Part shown: positions 38,094 to 48,632 of the stretch, piece by piece
Layout: the number at the start of each line of letters is the position of its first letter
Position numbering within the stretch: position 1 is the stretch's first letter
From: Chitinophagaceae bacterium
Lineage (GTDB): Bacteria; Bacteroidota; Bacteroidia; Chitinophagales; Chitinophagaceae
Reading direction: 5' to 3'
DNA: 64,000 bases
Assembly (NCBI GenBank): GCA_041691395.1
Contig: JBEPUT010000012.1
Location: forward strand, 1,575-65,574
Notes under the pieces: generated by a model
Told to the model about the DNA's origin: nothing
Database searches by the model: none
Seen by the model: the letters and a program-made list of their open reading frames with translations, nothing else
Made by a program: the position numbers and the translations under genes

Positions 38094-39089
38094 TCAGATA
38101 ACCGTTGCATTTTTGTTCTGCTCTTCAAGCTTACCTGATGGATAAAGAGAAGCCAGTTGAAAAATGTCTTTATTAAATATCGCAAAGGCATCTTCCCATT
38201 CTTTTGCTTCTTCCTGCGTATAAGCATATAGGCCCGTCAGACTCTGGGTTCCGCGGGCCTTAGAGTCCACCATAGCCTGCATGAGTTCCGGCACACAATC
38301 CTCATTGCTAAGTTTTGGAAAAACCGATTTAAATATCTGCATCCAGTCTTGCAAACCCATAAAGTCCATCCTCCGGAAAACACCCATTAAGGTCATCCAG
38401 GACCCTGCATCATACCTGAATGCCTTATCTGCATCCTCCATAGTAGCCATACCGCTGCCTATCAGGTTGAATATTTCACGATAAACGGCATACATCAATC
38501 GGTTGGTTATAAAACCCGGTATATCCTTTTTCAATAAAGTAGGTTCTTTACCCCAATGACGGGCAATCCGGAATACCCATTCGGCGTTATCCCGATCGGT
38601 CTTCGCCCCGCAGATAATTTCCATAAACCGAGTAGCATAAGCTGGCTCAGCCCAATGCACGCCAAGGAATCTTTCAGGACGTGGTATAAACTGCTGAAGA
38701 ACACTTACCGCAATTGCTGAAGTATTGGTAGCGATAACCGTATCCAGTCTTATTTCCTTTACTATCTTACTGTAAACAGATGACTTAACCTGAATGTCCT
38801 CGATAACACACTCCAATACCAGGTCGCAGTTTTTAAGTTGCTGATAATCCTGCGTTATTTCAAGCTGTTCGGCTCTTAACTTAAAGGACTGTTTTATGAT
38901 GCCTGACCTACGGCAAAGATTCAACTGGTCATTGATCCGGGATGCTGCAAATTCAAAATCTTCAGGTATGGGTGCAACAGCTATTATCCTGTGACCGGCG
39001 AGCAATAAAGAAACTAGAATACTGCTTCCCATTAATCCCAACCCAACAACTCCTATTTCAACAGCCGCGAACGTTTCCTTGTTTTTCAT
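38094..39089 (-). CDS. 3-hydroxyacyl-CoA dehydrogenase-family protein (intact motifs)
   Basis: GLGLMG, LECVIED, ATNTSAI, GVHWAEP..MEI and PGFITNRL. Confidence 0.88.
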   Translation of the reverse strand: MKNKETFAAVEIGVVGLGLMGSSILVSLLLAGHRIIAVAPIPEDFEFAASRINDQLNLCRRSGIIKQSFKLRAEQLEITQDYQQLKNCDLVLECVIEDIQVKSSVYSKIVKEIRLDTVIATNTSAIAVSVLQQFIPRPERFLGVHWAEPAYATRFMEIICGAKTDRDNAEWVFRIARHWGKEPTLLKKDIPGFITNRLMYAVYREIFNLIGSGMATMEDADKAFRYDAGSWMTLMGVFRRMDFMGLQDWMQIFKSVFPKLSNEDCVPELMQAMVDSKARGTQSLTGLYAYTQEEAKEWEDAFAIFNKDIFQLASLYPSGKLEEQNKNATVI

Positions 39090-39484
39090 TAATAGGAAAG
39101 TTTAACGATGCAATCAATCTCAACTTTTATGCCCTCCGCTAACACCGACTGCACTGTCGTTCTGGCTGGTTTAACGCCGGGAAAATATTCAGCATACACC
39201 TTGTTGTAACGGTCAAAGTCTTTAATATCACTCAAATGCACAGTACATTTAACCACATTTTCCATCGTAGATTCTGCCACTTCCACAATGGCTTTAATAT
39301 TACCCAAAGTACGATGGGTTTCCTCTTCGATCGTTCCTAATATAAATTCAGAGGTACTGAAATCTACCGAAGCCTGACCACTTACAAACAAAAACCCATT
39401 GACAATCACTCCATCAGAATAAGCACCCGTATCAAATCCCTTTCTACGAGCCGGATGATCTATTTTCGTTTTCTTCAAATTCAT
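39089..39484 (-). CDS. RidA/YjgF-family enamine/imine deaminase
   Basis: GAYSDG, FVSGQ, NKVYAEYF, PARTTVQ and VEIDCI. Start at 39484. Confidence 0.9.
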   Translation of the reverse strand: MNLKKTKIDHPARRKGFDTGAYSDGVIVNGFLFVSGQASVDFSTSEFILGTIEEETHRTLGNIKAIVEVAESTMENVVKCTVHLSDIKDFDRYNKVYAEYFPGVKPARTTVQSVLAEGIKVEIDCIVKLSY

Positions 39485-39688
39485 ACTCTGTTCATCTGCG
39501 ATGATTAATATAATAGTTAACCCCGGGCATATATATTTCAACATACCATAGGATAATCAAAAATAGCTGACATGCTTTTCAAATTCTGTTACTTTTCTGT
39601 ATATTTATAATACTATCTTTCAGTATTCAGACAACGTCAATAGATCTTTGTTTTATTTATCGGAATTTGCTATTATTAAAATGCAAAA

Positions 39689-40558
39689 ATGAAGGCCATT
39701 GAGAAAAGACTGCCACAGGATTATGATAAATCTTTTATTGTATTCAGGGAAACAGGAAAATTCTTTCCCGCTCCTTGGCACTACCATCCTGAATATGAAT
39801 TAGTACTCATCACCAGCAGTACCGGAAGAAGAATGGTTGGCGACCACATTGGATATTTTGATGCAGAAGATTTGGTTTTCATGGGGCCGCAACTTTCCCA
39901 TGTTTGGATGAACGATCCACAATATATTAATGGCGTGGCGGATCGAAGAGCAGATGGCATCGTTATACAATTTGTTGAAAAATTTCTTGGAGAAAAATTT
40001 CTCAATATTCCGGAAATGGCAAGTTTTAAAAAAATTCTTGAACTATCCAGCCAAGGCATGGCTATTAAAGGCGCAGCAAGGGAGAAGATTAGCTCTATTA
40101 TGAAAGGCATGCTCGAAATGAATGGCTTGAAACGCCTTTCAGCCCTGTTCACGATATTTGACCTATTGTCCAACAATTCAGAATACGAATTATTGGCAAG
40201 CCCCGGATTTATACTGAAAGCGCAATTACCCTGTTCAGATCGCTTCAGCAAGATCACTGAATATATTCTCCGGAATTTCGACAAGGATATCACTTTGTCT
40301 GACGTTGCTTCCAAATCAAATATGGCCATCACGACGTTCTGCAATTTTTTTAAAGAAAACTACAGGGTAACCTTTATTGAGTACCTGAATAATGTACGGA
40401 TTGGATATGCATGTAAGCTAATCAGTGACATGAACAAGAATATTGTGGAAGTTGCATACGAAAGCGGCTACAAAAGCCTGGCCAATTTTAACCGGCAATT
40501 TAAAAAATTCAAAAATATGACCCCGACAGAATACAGAAGGACCATCAACCTGGCATAA
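39689..40558 (+). CDS. AraC-family regulator with cupin sensor domain, divergent from the ridA operon
   Basis: WHYHPEYEL cupin motif, C-terminal HTH and GYKSLANFNRQFKK. Confidence 0.92.
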   Translation: MKAIEKRLPQDYDKSFIVFRETGKFFPAPWHYHPEYELVLITSSTGRRMVGDHIGYFDAEDLVFMGPQLSHVWMNDPQYINGVADRRADGIVIQFVEKFLGEKFLNIPEMASFKKILELSSQGMAIKGAAREKISSIMKGMLEMNGLKRLSALFTIFDLLSNNSEYELLASPGFILKAQLPCSDRFSKITEYILRNFDKDITLSDVASKSNMAITTFCNFFKENYRVTFIEYLNNVRIGYACKLISDMNKNIVEVAYESGYKSLANFNRQFKKFKNMTPTEYRRTINLA

Positions 40559-40584
40559 GGGGAAAAAAACTTTCCGGACAATTC

Positions 40585-42180
40585 CTATAGCTTCAGGATG
40601 CTTTGCAATGCTGCAGGATCCGCACTTAGTTTTTTAGTGAATTCCGAGGCTGCATAAAATGACAGCATATAATCTTTTTCAGTTTGCTTTTCCGCAGTCT
40701 TGCTTCTACGGCCCCGTTGCCAGGCTGAATTTATTCTGGACATAAAAATTTGGTCCTCCTCAGCCACCTTACGGATATAGATTTTTATTGAATTCATGTC
40801 CCTTTTGCGGGAATCAGCAAAAGTCAATAGATTGTTTTGTCTCTTACAGATGTAGTCCAGGAACTGAACGCTTAAGAGGAAATCGTTGAAGTCCGCTTTA
40901 TTCCTTTTTATCCGTCCATTATAATTCAGTAAAAGATTTTTTATTTCCCTGAAGGGATTCTCCAACCGTGTATTTTTATCCAGAATATTCCTGACGTCCT
41001 GTTCATCCAGCCAGGGCTGCAACCGGAAACTGTCATTTTGCGCACAGAAACTCTGGGGGGCCTTTTCATAAACAATCCTGTATATTTTTTCCCAGTTCGC
41101 ATCCCAGGCCGTACCGAAATGGCTTTTCACAAATCCAGGAAGAGCATCCATATAGTGATCATTGCCTTTCTCCTTCAGCATTTTTGCTGCGATGGTATAA
41201 GTATCCCACTGGCCGTTCTGAAGGTACCGCATGGGCACCCAATTTGACAGGATAATACCCAGATTGTTGGCATTTTCCAGATTCCCATATACTTCAGCAT
41301 AGGCATTTATATTTCCAAACTGGGCATCGCCCATGCGGGGGCCCCATCTGCACCAATTCAATGCAGGGCAACCGATCAACTGGAATTCTTTGTCTAAAAT
41401 CGTTTTGGCAATACTATCCACTTTCATTTTATCCGTTTCCCAGTAATTCCAATCCATTATCACGATATCCCTGCGAAGCAGGTCAAGAACTTCTTTGTCA
41501 TGGTAAATGGGAACATCTCCCCAGATAATTGTTTTCTTACCTAATGATTTTACGTATTCATTCAACTTATTTACATATCCCGCCCAAATCCGGGGTTTAC
41601 TGTTTGTTTCCAATGCCTTTTTTGACATTTCGCCGGAACCCCAGTTTACTTCATCGCATCCGATATGGAAATAGCGTGAGGTGAAAATAGCAGCAATCTC
41701 TGTATACAGATCCCTCATTAAATGAAGCGTACTGTCACTTACAGGGCTTACTGAATTGAATTCCTTTCCGCTCTCGCCATCGTCCAAAAATTTATACCGT
41801 TGCGTTTCAATGATATATTTAGCATGACCAAAGGATTCAATTTCCGGAATCATCTCGATCCCTCTATTATCCGCATATTTTATCAGCTTATTTAGTTCCC
41901 CGGTTGTAAATGCCCCTGGGCATGTTTTCAGCTCCGGATGGGATTTAAAATAATAGGCAGACCCCTGGTCATCTGTTATCCTGAAAATAATGGAATTCAA
42001 TCCCTCGTCATGGCAAAAGTCAATAAGGCGGAAATAATATTCCATAGTCTCTATTGTCCGGGGAGCATCTATCATAAATCCCCGAAATGGCTTATCCCTG
42101 TTATAGTCTGCTGGTTTGTTTTTAAAACTGAACAGGGAAATAGCCCCGATGATGATTAATAATTTCAGAATTGCTTTCAT
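40585..42180 (-). CDS. Glycoside hydrolase family 20-like (beta-N-acetylhexosaminidase-type) secreted protein
   Basis: RGFMIDAPR, IPEIESFGH and FHIGCDEV (catalytic DE pair), plus a signal peptide. Confidence 0.82.
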   Translation of the reverse strand: MKAILKLLIIIGAISLFSFKNKPADYNRDKPFRGFMIDAPRTIETMEYYFRLIDFCHDEGLNSIIFRITDDQGSAYYFKSHPELKTCPGAFTTGELNKLIKYADNRGIEMIPEIESFGHAKYIIETQRYKFLDDGESGKEFNSVSPVSDSTLHLMRDLYTEIAAIFTSRYFHIGCDEVNWGSGEMSKKALETNSKPRIWAGYVNKLNEYVKSLGKKTIIWGDVPIYHDKEVLDLLRRDIVIMDWNYWETDKMKVDSIAKTILDKEFQLIGCPALNWCRWGPRMGDAQFGNINAYAEVYGNLENANNLGIILSNWVPMRYLQNGQWDTYTIAAKMLKEKGNDHYMDALPGFVKSHFGTAWDANWEKIYRIVYEKAPQSFCAQNDSFRLQPWLDEQDVRNILDKNTRLENPFREIKNLLLNYNGRIKRNKADFNDFLLSVQFLDYICKRQNNLLTFADSRKRDMNSIKIYIRKVAEEDQIFMSRINSAWQRGRRSKTAEKQTEKDYMLSFYAASEFTKKLSADPAALQSILKL

Positions 42181-42208
42181 TTACAGTATTAATAAAAAGA
42201 AAAAAGAA

Positions 42209-45200
42209 CTAATAGGATATGGTCATATGAATATGTTTGGCCGTCTGCGGAACAGTAACAGATTCTTTGCCGGCATCCCATTCCTTCCAATCCCTGCCAT
42301 TCACAGTCACAGACCTGATCGGTTTTTGAAAAGGCGCGTGAACAAAAAGCAATATCCTGGAACATGCTGATGCGGGTAAATCAATCTCAGCCTCTATTGT
42401 TTCCGGTGATCTTCCGGAACTCAATGAATAACTTATCTCTCCGTATTCCGTATGCGCATTGAACAGCTCTACTTTCTGACCCGGCTCGAGCCACCTTTCC
42501 GGAATACCTCCGCCAAGCCAAAGTTCATCTTTTTTTTCCATGACCAAAAGATCGCAAACCTGGTTGATAACACGGGCTTCATCAGAGATCTTATAGAAGG
42601 GGCCGCTGCCATGCCCCCACATCCTGTATTCTTCGGTTTGTACGTTCACATCCGGATACAGACAAGATACAAAACTATTATACAAATCGCGAAGTGCCGC
42701 CTTGGTCTCCCGGCGTTTCAAATACGTGTCAACCGGGTTTTGAAGATTGGCCTGAAATACCATTCCACCCCGACTAAACCAATAGTCATCATCTACCCAT
42801 CCATGGGTATTCAAGTTCAGCGAAGTTGAAAGGGTTAAATTATCCTCCCAGTCGTTCAGGATCCAGTCAGCCATGGGCTCATCCGCATCGATCAGGCCGG
42901 TTTTAATCAAAACGATGGGGCCATACAATGCCTCTCGCGTTGCGGACAGCCGCAGATTAGGATAAATCCCTTTATTATACCGGTCGTAATACGCTGACTT
43001 TTTAGACCCAAAGTATCGGAAACGTTGATGCGGACGTGTTGGAACGTAGGGAACATATTCATTGTTCCTCAGCCGGATGACAGGGCTTAATTCAATGGCC
43101 TTTTCTATGCTGCTTCTAATGTCCGAATGATAAGCAGCTGCCTGCTTACGGTAAAACCCGGCCTGCGGCAGACCCGCTTTAGTAAAGGCTTTAACCATGG
43201 TCTCCAGCGCCAGACAGGTATAACCGTTTGTGGCATACCAAAACCGCCAGTCCTCAGGATCTTCCAAAAGTCCGGCAGGCAACAAACCATACTGACCGGC
43301 CTTATTCCCTTTTTCATCCAGTTCTTTGGTATGACTTCTCTGTTCGATGATCCAATTTGCCGCCCTGATCATGTGCGGGGCCGCTTTTAATAACCACTCC
43401 CGGTCACCGGAATACAAATAATGACTAGCAAGCGCCCATAACACGGTACCATGATGCATATTGTATCCGTTAAACGTAAGGTCGTACACAGAGTCGATCC
43501 TTACGCCATAAAAAACATCCTTCTGATCTCCTGTAAAGTCGCCCGGAAGTTTGCGGCTTCCCTGAAGCTCCATGAAAGTGTTTAAATAATCAGCGGCAGT
43601 CGAAAAATCTCCCAACCGGTCCATCAGCATGGTTTGTAAAATGGCCTCATTGGCATATACGCCATATCCTAATGACGAGGCGGAAACCATATACAGACCG
43701 CTCTTCGGGTCCTTGGTGGCACTCATACGGATATGCGGGATAACCGCTTTCTCCATTTCATTGAATTTCCTTTCGGGTACATTATAAATCACCTGTCTGG
43801 CTACCAGGTTCCTCCAGTAGGTTTCAACCCGGTTTTTTTCGGAATCATAGTTCAGGGAAGCGACCGCTTTACCGTCCGATGCGGTCAGGTCGCCGACAAA
43901 AGGAAAATAAAAATAGAATACCGCTGAAGAATTTGCTTCCAATTGCATTTGATGGTGGAGGGATCTGTTTTCTTTGCTGTTGTCCCCGGTTAACTCGCTT
44001 ATCCCTTCCGCCGGGGTTAACATATAACATCTCAGGTATTTCTTACCGCGGATCTGATCAAACAAGAAATTACCGTCCATCGTTAAATAGTTCAATGCCT
44101 GGTTTCCCGATAACCAGATATCGGAAGTATCCCGATGAAGAGATGGGTTGGATACCGTGAGTTTTACCAGTAAGACAGCGGCCGTCTGCTCATCCCTGCC
44201 CTGGTTGGAAGGCGACAATGGCCCATGCAGCAGTGTGGTAAACGCCTCTTCGTTATAATTTAAAGAATCCTGCCTCCAGTTTGAATGAACAATAGGTAAA
44301 TAATCATTCAGCAAGGACATTTCACAATTCTCTTCAGTCCGGTCGAAATTGGGCAGCCGACCGCTACCAATCTTCCATGCCAGATCATCTCCGTTCCAGT
44401 TACACCTCGCCAATTCTTTACCCTGCGCTTTTGTGAGCAGTTTATTAATAAAAATATTACCCCCCCATTGTACCGCAAATTTTTGCCAGTTTGCATCAGA
44501 TGCCAGAGGAAGATATATCCTGTTTCCCAGCTGGTCGTGTACGGGATCCAAGTGAGGAATTTCCTTTCTGGCACGATCGTAGGATTGTTCCGGCTGAGCT
44601 TCGATCCTTTGCCTGACTGTTTTACCTTTGACCGGGCCTCCTTTTGAAAAAGAAACCGGATCATCGGATTTTGTTATATAGGCATTAAAATGCGGAATAT
44701 ATACAGGTCCTTTTTCAAGATCGTTCACAGAAAACGAAAACGTGCCATGAGGCGACCGCAAAGTAACTACCGTTTCGTCGTTGGATCCGGGCAGGGTTGT
44801 CCTGGCGGAATAGATGTCGGCCACAATCCCTTTCGATTTTCCATTCAGGGTCAACTTCCATGAATTTATACCCGTTTTTTTATCCTGCTTATCCCAGTTC
44901 CAGGATGAAATACTTTTCAACCGGCCATTAAAGATCTCCAGGCTTCCTTCAACGGATGAATGACTATTTTCATCACAGCCCAATTCTATCCGGATGGAAC
45001 TGCTTTTTTCCTCAGAGGCTGAAAAAACATGAATAGCCCGGATACCGGAGTGCTTTTGCGGATATAACAAACGGATTTTTAAGGTTCTCCTGTAGGTAAC
45101 TGGTCCGGGTAAATAAACGGCATGACTATTTTCCTGCGCAGTCAACGGTTTAAATGTGAAAACAAGCCGGTCGCCATCCGGTTCAGCATTCACATCGGCA

Positions 45201-45622
45201 GTTATCCAGCTCCCCTGCCAAGGATCATCTTCCTGGTCTTCTATCGTGGGCATAACAGGTGGGGTTTCCGGCCAAGTATGATGCCAGTACTGCAATACCG
45301 GTAAACCGGTAGATTTATCCGCGGCACGGCGATCATAAACAACTTCAACGCTTTGTATATCCCTTGCTTCCCACCAGAAGACTCCAATGTCAGAAGAGTA
45401 AGCATAAACGGCCTGGTTAAAACCCGGTTTAGCTAAAGATTTTCCTAGTGGATTAGCTATTTTGTACCAGCTCTTAAGACTGCCAAATGGAGTGATCTCC
45501 AAACGATTGCTCCTTTCCCGTTTCGGCGGAGAAACCGGCTGCGACTGAAGAAAAAAGGAACCGAATAGGGCAGGTATCAGAAAAAATAATAATCTTTTCC
45601 TCAGTATGGATTGGTTTTGCAT
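42209..45622 (-). CDS. Large secreted protein with a C-terminal (alpha/alpha)6 six-hairpin glycosidase-like domain, family unassigned
   Basis: Signal peptide, HYLYSGDREWL...AANWII, GLLPAG.LED and a C-terminal GIPERWL..G beta-domain. Confidence 0.6.
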   Translation of the reverse strand: MQNQSILRKRLLFFLIPALFGSFFLQSQPVSPPKRERSNRLEITPFGSLKSWYKIANPLGKSLAKPGFNQAVYAYSSDIGVFWWEARDIQSVEVVYDRRAADKSTGLPVLQYWHHTWPETPPVMPTIEDQEDDPWQGSWITADVNAEPDGDRLVFTFKPLTAQENSHAVYLPGPVTYRRTLKIRLLYPQKHSGIRAIHVFSASEEKSSSIRIELGCDENSHSSVEGSLEIFNGRLKSISSWNWDKQDKKTGINSWKLTLNGKSKGIVADIYSARTTLPGSNDETVVTLRSPHGTFSFSVNDLEKGPVYIPHFNAYITKSDDPVSFSKGGPVKGKTVRQRIEAQPEQSYDRARKEIPHLDPVHDQLGNRIYLPLASDANWQKFAVQWGGNIFINKLLTKAQGKELARCNWNGDDLAWKIGSGRLPNFDRTEENCEMSLLNDYLPIVHSNWRQDSLNYNEEAFTTLLHGPLSPSNQGRDEQTAAVLLVKLTVSNPSLHRDTSDIWLSGNQALNYLTMDGNFLFDQIRGKKYLRCYMLTPAEGISELTGDNSKENRSLHHQMQLEANSSAVFYFYFPFVGDLTASDGKAVASLNYDSEKNRVETYWRNLVARQVIYNVPERKFNEMEKAVIPHIRMSATKDPKSGLYMVSASSLGYGVYANEAILQTMLMDRLGDFSTAADYLNTFMELQGSRKLPGDFTGDQKDVFYGVRIDSVYDLTFNGYNMHHGTVLWALASHYLYSGDREWLLKAAPHMIRAANWIIEQRSHTKELDEKGNKAGQYGLLPAGLLEDPEDWRFWYATNGYTCLALETMVKAFTKAGLPQAGFYRKQAAAYHSDIRSSIEKAIELSPVIRLRNNEYVPYVPTRPHQRFRYFGSKKSAYYDRYNKGIYPNLRLSATREALYGPIVLIKTGLIDADEPMADWILNDWEDNLTLSTSLNLNTHGWVDDDYWFSRGGMVFQANLQNPVDTYLKRRETKAALRDLYNSFVSCLYPDVNVQTEEYRMWGHGSGPFYKISDEARVINQVCDLLVMEKKDELWLGGGIPERWLEPGQKVELFNAHTEYGEISYSLSSGRSPETIEAEIDLPASACSRILLFVHAPFQKPIRSVTVNGRDWKEWDAGKESVTVPQTAKHIHMTISY

Positions 45623-45676
45623 GCTGATGTAGTTAAATAAAAAAGGTAATTAAAGCAGTTATCGTTTTTACCAATA

Positions 45677-46456
45677 TTACTGGGCGGTGTATCCTCCGTC
45701 AATTACCACTGCCTGTCCCGTAATCCCACCTGCTTTTTCTCCGGCCAGGAAAAGCGCATAATGTGCTATTTCGTCCGTCCGAAGTAAGCGTTTTTGGGGA
45801 ACCAGCGGAAATATGACCTCCTCTATTACCCGACTCACCGGAATATTCCTAGTCTTTGCCAGTTCGGAGAGCTGATTCCTTAACAGAGCCGTATCCACAT
45901 AACCCGGGCAAAGTGCATTAACGGTTATATTGTGTTCAGCGCCTTCCAGGGCGGCTACTTTCGTAAGGCCTATCACACCATGTTTTGCGCTGTTATAGGC
46001 GGACTTACCGGCAAAGCCGACCAGGCCATTCACGGATGCTATATTAATTATTCTGCCGAACGCCTGTTTCTTCATTATTGGAAACACCTTCTTGATCGCT
46101 ATAAAACTGCCGACAAGCATTATCCGAATTAAAAGCTCAAACTGATCGACAGGAAAATCCTCAATCCGGGACACGTATTGAATACCGGCATTGTTGATCA
46201 GCACATCAATCCTTCCATAAGTCTGCAATGTTATATCCATAGCATCTATTATCTGGGATTCGCTGGTCACATCGCATTCAATTCCTGAAATATCCGGATG
46301 TTCCTTCTTCAATTCAGAAACAGCCTGATCGATTTTATCCCGGTTGATATCCGTTATAACCAACTTCGCTCCATCCTTGGCAAACAGCCTTGCAATTTCG
46401 TAACCTATACCGCTTGCGGCACCTGTGATGAACAGCACCTTATTTTTTACTGACAT
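45677..46456 (-). CDS. bdhA: 3-hydroxybutyrate dehydrogenase (SDR)
   Basis: TGAASGIG, NAGIQ...IEDFP, GKSAYNSAKHG, CPGYVDT.L.RNQL and IDGGYTAQ, characteristic of BDH. Confidence 0.75.
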   Translation of the reverse strand: MSVKNKVLFITGAASGIGYEIARLFAKDGAKLVITDINRDKIDQAVSELKKEHPDISGIECDVTSESQIIDAMDITLQTYGRIDVLINNAGIQYVSRIEDFPVDQFELLIRIMLVGSFIAIKKVFPIMKKQAFGRIINIASVNGLVGFAGKSAYNSAKHGVIGLTKVAALEGAEHNITVNALCPGYVDTALLRNQLSELAKTRNIPVSRVIEEVIFPLVPQKRLLRTDEIAHYALFLAGEKAGGITGQAVVIDGGYTAQ

Positions 46457-46483
46457 ACGGCTGATTTAAAATGGCGAAAAACA

Positions 46484-47290
46484 TCATTTTTCGAGGTAGG
46501 AATTTTTGGCAGATTCATCCGGAGAAGGCCGAAATAAATTAACGATCCCCTGACAATAATCTTTTAATCCAACCACGTCCGCACCCACGCTGACAAATTG
46601 ATAACCCATTTTAACAAGGTACTTAAGGTTGGACGGGTTTCCGACCGTACCGGCGAACTTACCAAATTTAGCGGCCACAGCCGCGACGCGTTCATAGGTT
46701 TCCGCTATTTTCGGGTGATCCCATTTCCCCGGCGCCCCGATACCCTGACTGAAATCGCCGGGTCCGAAGAAAAGCATATCATATCCCTCCAATGCCGCAA
46801 TGGCTTCCAGCTCAGCCAGCGGTTCGGGATCTTCGATCTGGAAAACGACAAAGCGTTGCTCATTCGCCTGTTGCAGGTAATCATTAAAATCTATTGCCGT
46901 ATAGGCACCATCCGTATTTCCACCGTCAATGGGCCTCCGGCCGAGAGGGTGGAACCGGGTCATTCGGACCACTTTTTTTGCATCTTCCAAGCTCATGATA
47001 TGCGGCACCATGATACCCGAAGCGTCGAGCTCTAACGGTCTTATATAATCGCTATAACTTCCTCTGGATACCCGCACCATCAGGTCTACATCATGCGCCT
47101 TGGTAGCCCAGGTATTTGCCGCCACCACAGACCAATCCTGACCGACATGTTCCTGGTCTATCCAAACGCAGTCAAATCCCGAGATCGCAGCCAGTTCAGA
47201 AACCCGAGCATCCGAAAAATTGACTTTAAAGCAACTGACGGTTTTTCCGGCTCTGAGTTTTTTTAATACCTGGCTTTCGCGCATTCTCAT
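46484..47290 (-). CDS. HpcH/HpaI class-II aldolase (2-keto-3-deoxy-sugar-acid aldolase type)
   Basis: GFDCVWIDQEH, GIMVPH, FQIED and LFFGPGDFSQGIG. Confidence 0.88.
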   Translation of the reverse strand: MRMRESQVLKKLRAGKTVSCFKVNFSDARVSELAAISGFDCVWIDQEHVGQDWSVVAANTWATKAHDVDLMVRVSRGSYSDYIRPLELDASGIMVPHIMSLEDAKKVVRMTRFHPLGRRPIDGGNTDGAYTAIDFNDYLQQANEQRFVVFQIEDPEPLAELEAIAALEGYDMLFFGPGDFSQGIGAPGKWDHPKIAETYERVAAVAAKFGKFAGTVGNPSNLKYLVKMGYQFVSVGADVVGLKDYCQGIVNLFRPSPDESAKNSYLEK

Positions 47291-47315
47291 TTGAAAAGAT
47301 TTTAATGATCAATTT

Positions 47316-48584
47316 TTATTCGTTATTAACAGGCGGGCCTTCTGCTTTCAACTGCACCCGGTATATCAGTAATGCACAAACGATCAATAAGAGGGAAGCC
47401 CAACGGTACATCGCGCTGAGGTCCACCTGCGAGTCCCGCAAAACGCCTCCCGCGTAAAGTCCGATTCCGCCAATAACCGTTGCGAACATATTCAGAATCC
47501 CATAACCCGTTGCCCGGAAACGTTCATCAACCACCTGGCAGAGTACCGGCATCATATTCACATCGGTGAAGGTACGCGTGAGAGAAAAGATCATAAAAAG
47601 AACAATGGTCAGGGGAAGAATGGCCGTGCTGCTCGCGATGAACACACAGGGCGCTGCTATGCAAAGGCCGATAATCGGAACCAGGATCCGCGCCCTGGGA
47701 TTCGACCTGCTCCAGCGGTCCGCCAGAAAACCGCCCAAAAGCAGGCCCACAATCGCAGAAGGATAGAAATATCCAGTGGCATATAACCCGGCCATGCCTT
47801 GAGAAAGATTGAAATGTTCCTTATAATAAGTAGGAAGCCATCCCATGATCATCCAGCCGACTACTCCAAAAAGTCCCCAGAAAATCAGCATGATGATAAA
47901 AGACCGGCTGCTGAACAGGGCCCGGATACCCTGAAGAAAATTTACCCGGATCTTTATTGCTACGGAAGGATTTTCTGATCGTTGCTTGGGAGCATCACGC
48001 AAGGTAAAGATCAGGATGACAGAATATATTATTCCAACGATTCCGAAAATATGGAATGGGAAAGTCCACGCATGCTTCTCCGCGATCCAGCCGCCTACAA
48101 AACCAAGACTCGAACCGATCATAATGCCCACCATATGAATTCCTGTGGCGAGGGAACGGGTGGAATTCCGGTGATAGTCCACGATCAGCGCAAGGGCCGC
48201 GGGGATATAACAGGCTTCGCTGATTCCCATCAGCGCGCGAGTTGCCAGCAATTGTTCAAAGTTAGTGACATAGGACGTCAGCAACGTGACGATTGACCAA
48301 ACTAAAAGACTGGTGATGATCACGCGGCTGCGGTTAAACCGGTCGGCGAGAAAACCAGCGAAGGGACTGAGTAATCCGTAAACCCATAAAAAAATGGACG
48401 TAAGCAGTCCAAACTGCGTGTCCGTCATAGGGATTGCATGGACAATCGACCCCCGCATGGTGGTGAGCATGGTCCGGTCGAGATAATTTAAAGCGCCGAC
48501 AAAAAACAATAAGGCAACCACCAACCATGCGCGTGAGGACAGTTTTGAACCGGAGGCCATCGCGACCGGTTGCCTTATGGACAT
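47316..48584 (-). CDS. MFS sugar-acid permease (resembles the NanT-type family of Bacteroidota nan loci)
   Basis: 12 TM helices, LNYLDR, FLWVYGLLSP..G..ADRFNR and RALMGISEA.YIPA.L.LI.DYH...RSLA.GIHM.G. The NanT resemblance is from recall only. Confidence 0.8.
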   Translation of the reverse strand: MSIRQPVAMASGSKLSSRAWLVVALLFFVGALNYLDRTMLTTMRGSIVHAIPMTDTQFGLLTSIFLWVYGLLSPFAGFLADRFNRSRVIITSLLVWSIVTLLTSYVTNFEQLLATRALMGISEACYIPAALALIVDYHRNSTRSLATGIHMVGIMIGSSLGFVGGWIAEKHAWTFPFHIFGIVGIIYSVILIFTLRDAPKQRSENPSVAIKIRVNFLQGIRALFSSRSFIIMLIFWGLFGVVGWMIMGWLPTYYKEHFNLSQGMAGLYATGYFYPSAIVGLLLGGFLADRWSRSNPRARILVPIIGLCIAAPCVFIASSTAILPLTIVLFMIFSLTRTFTDVNMMPVLCQVVDERFRATGYGILNMFATVIGGIGLYAGGVLRDSQVDLSAMYRWASLLLIVCALLIYRVQLKAEGPPVNNE

Positions 48585-48632
48585 TCGAGATGAATTAGAC
48601 TAATCATCACTGAAACATTTTGTGCACCGAAG

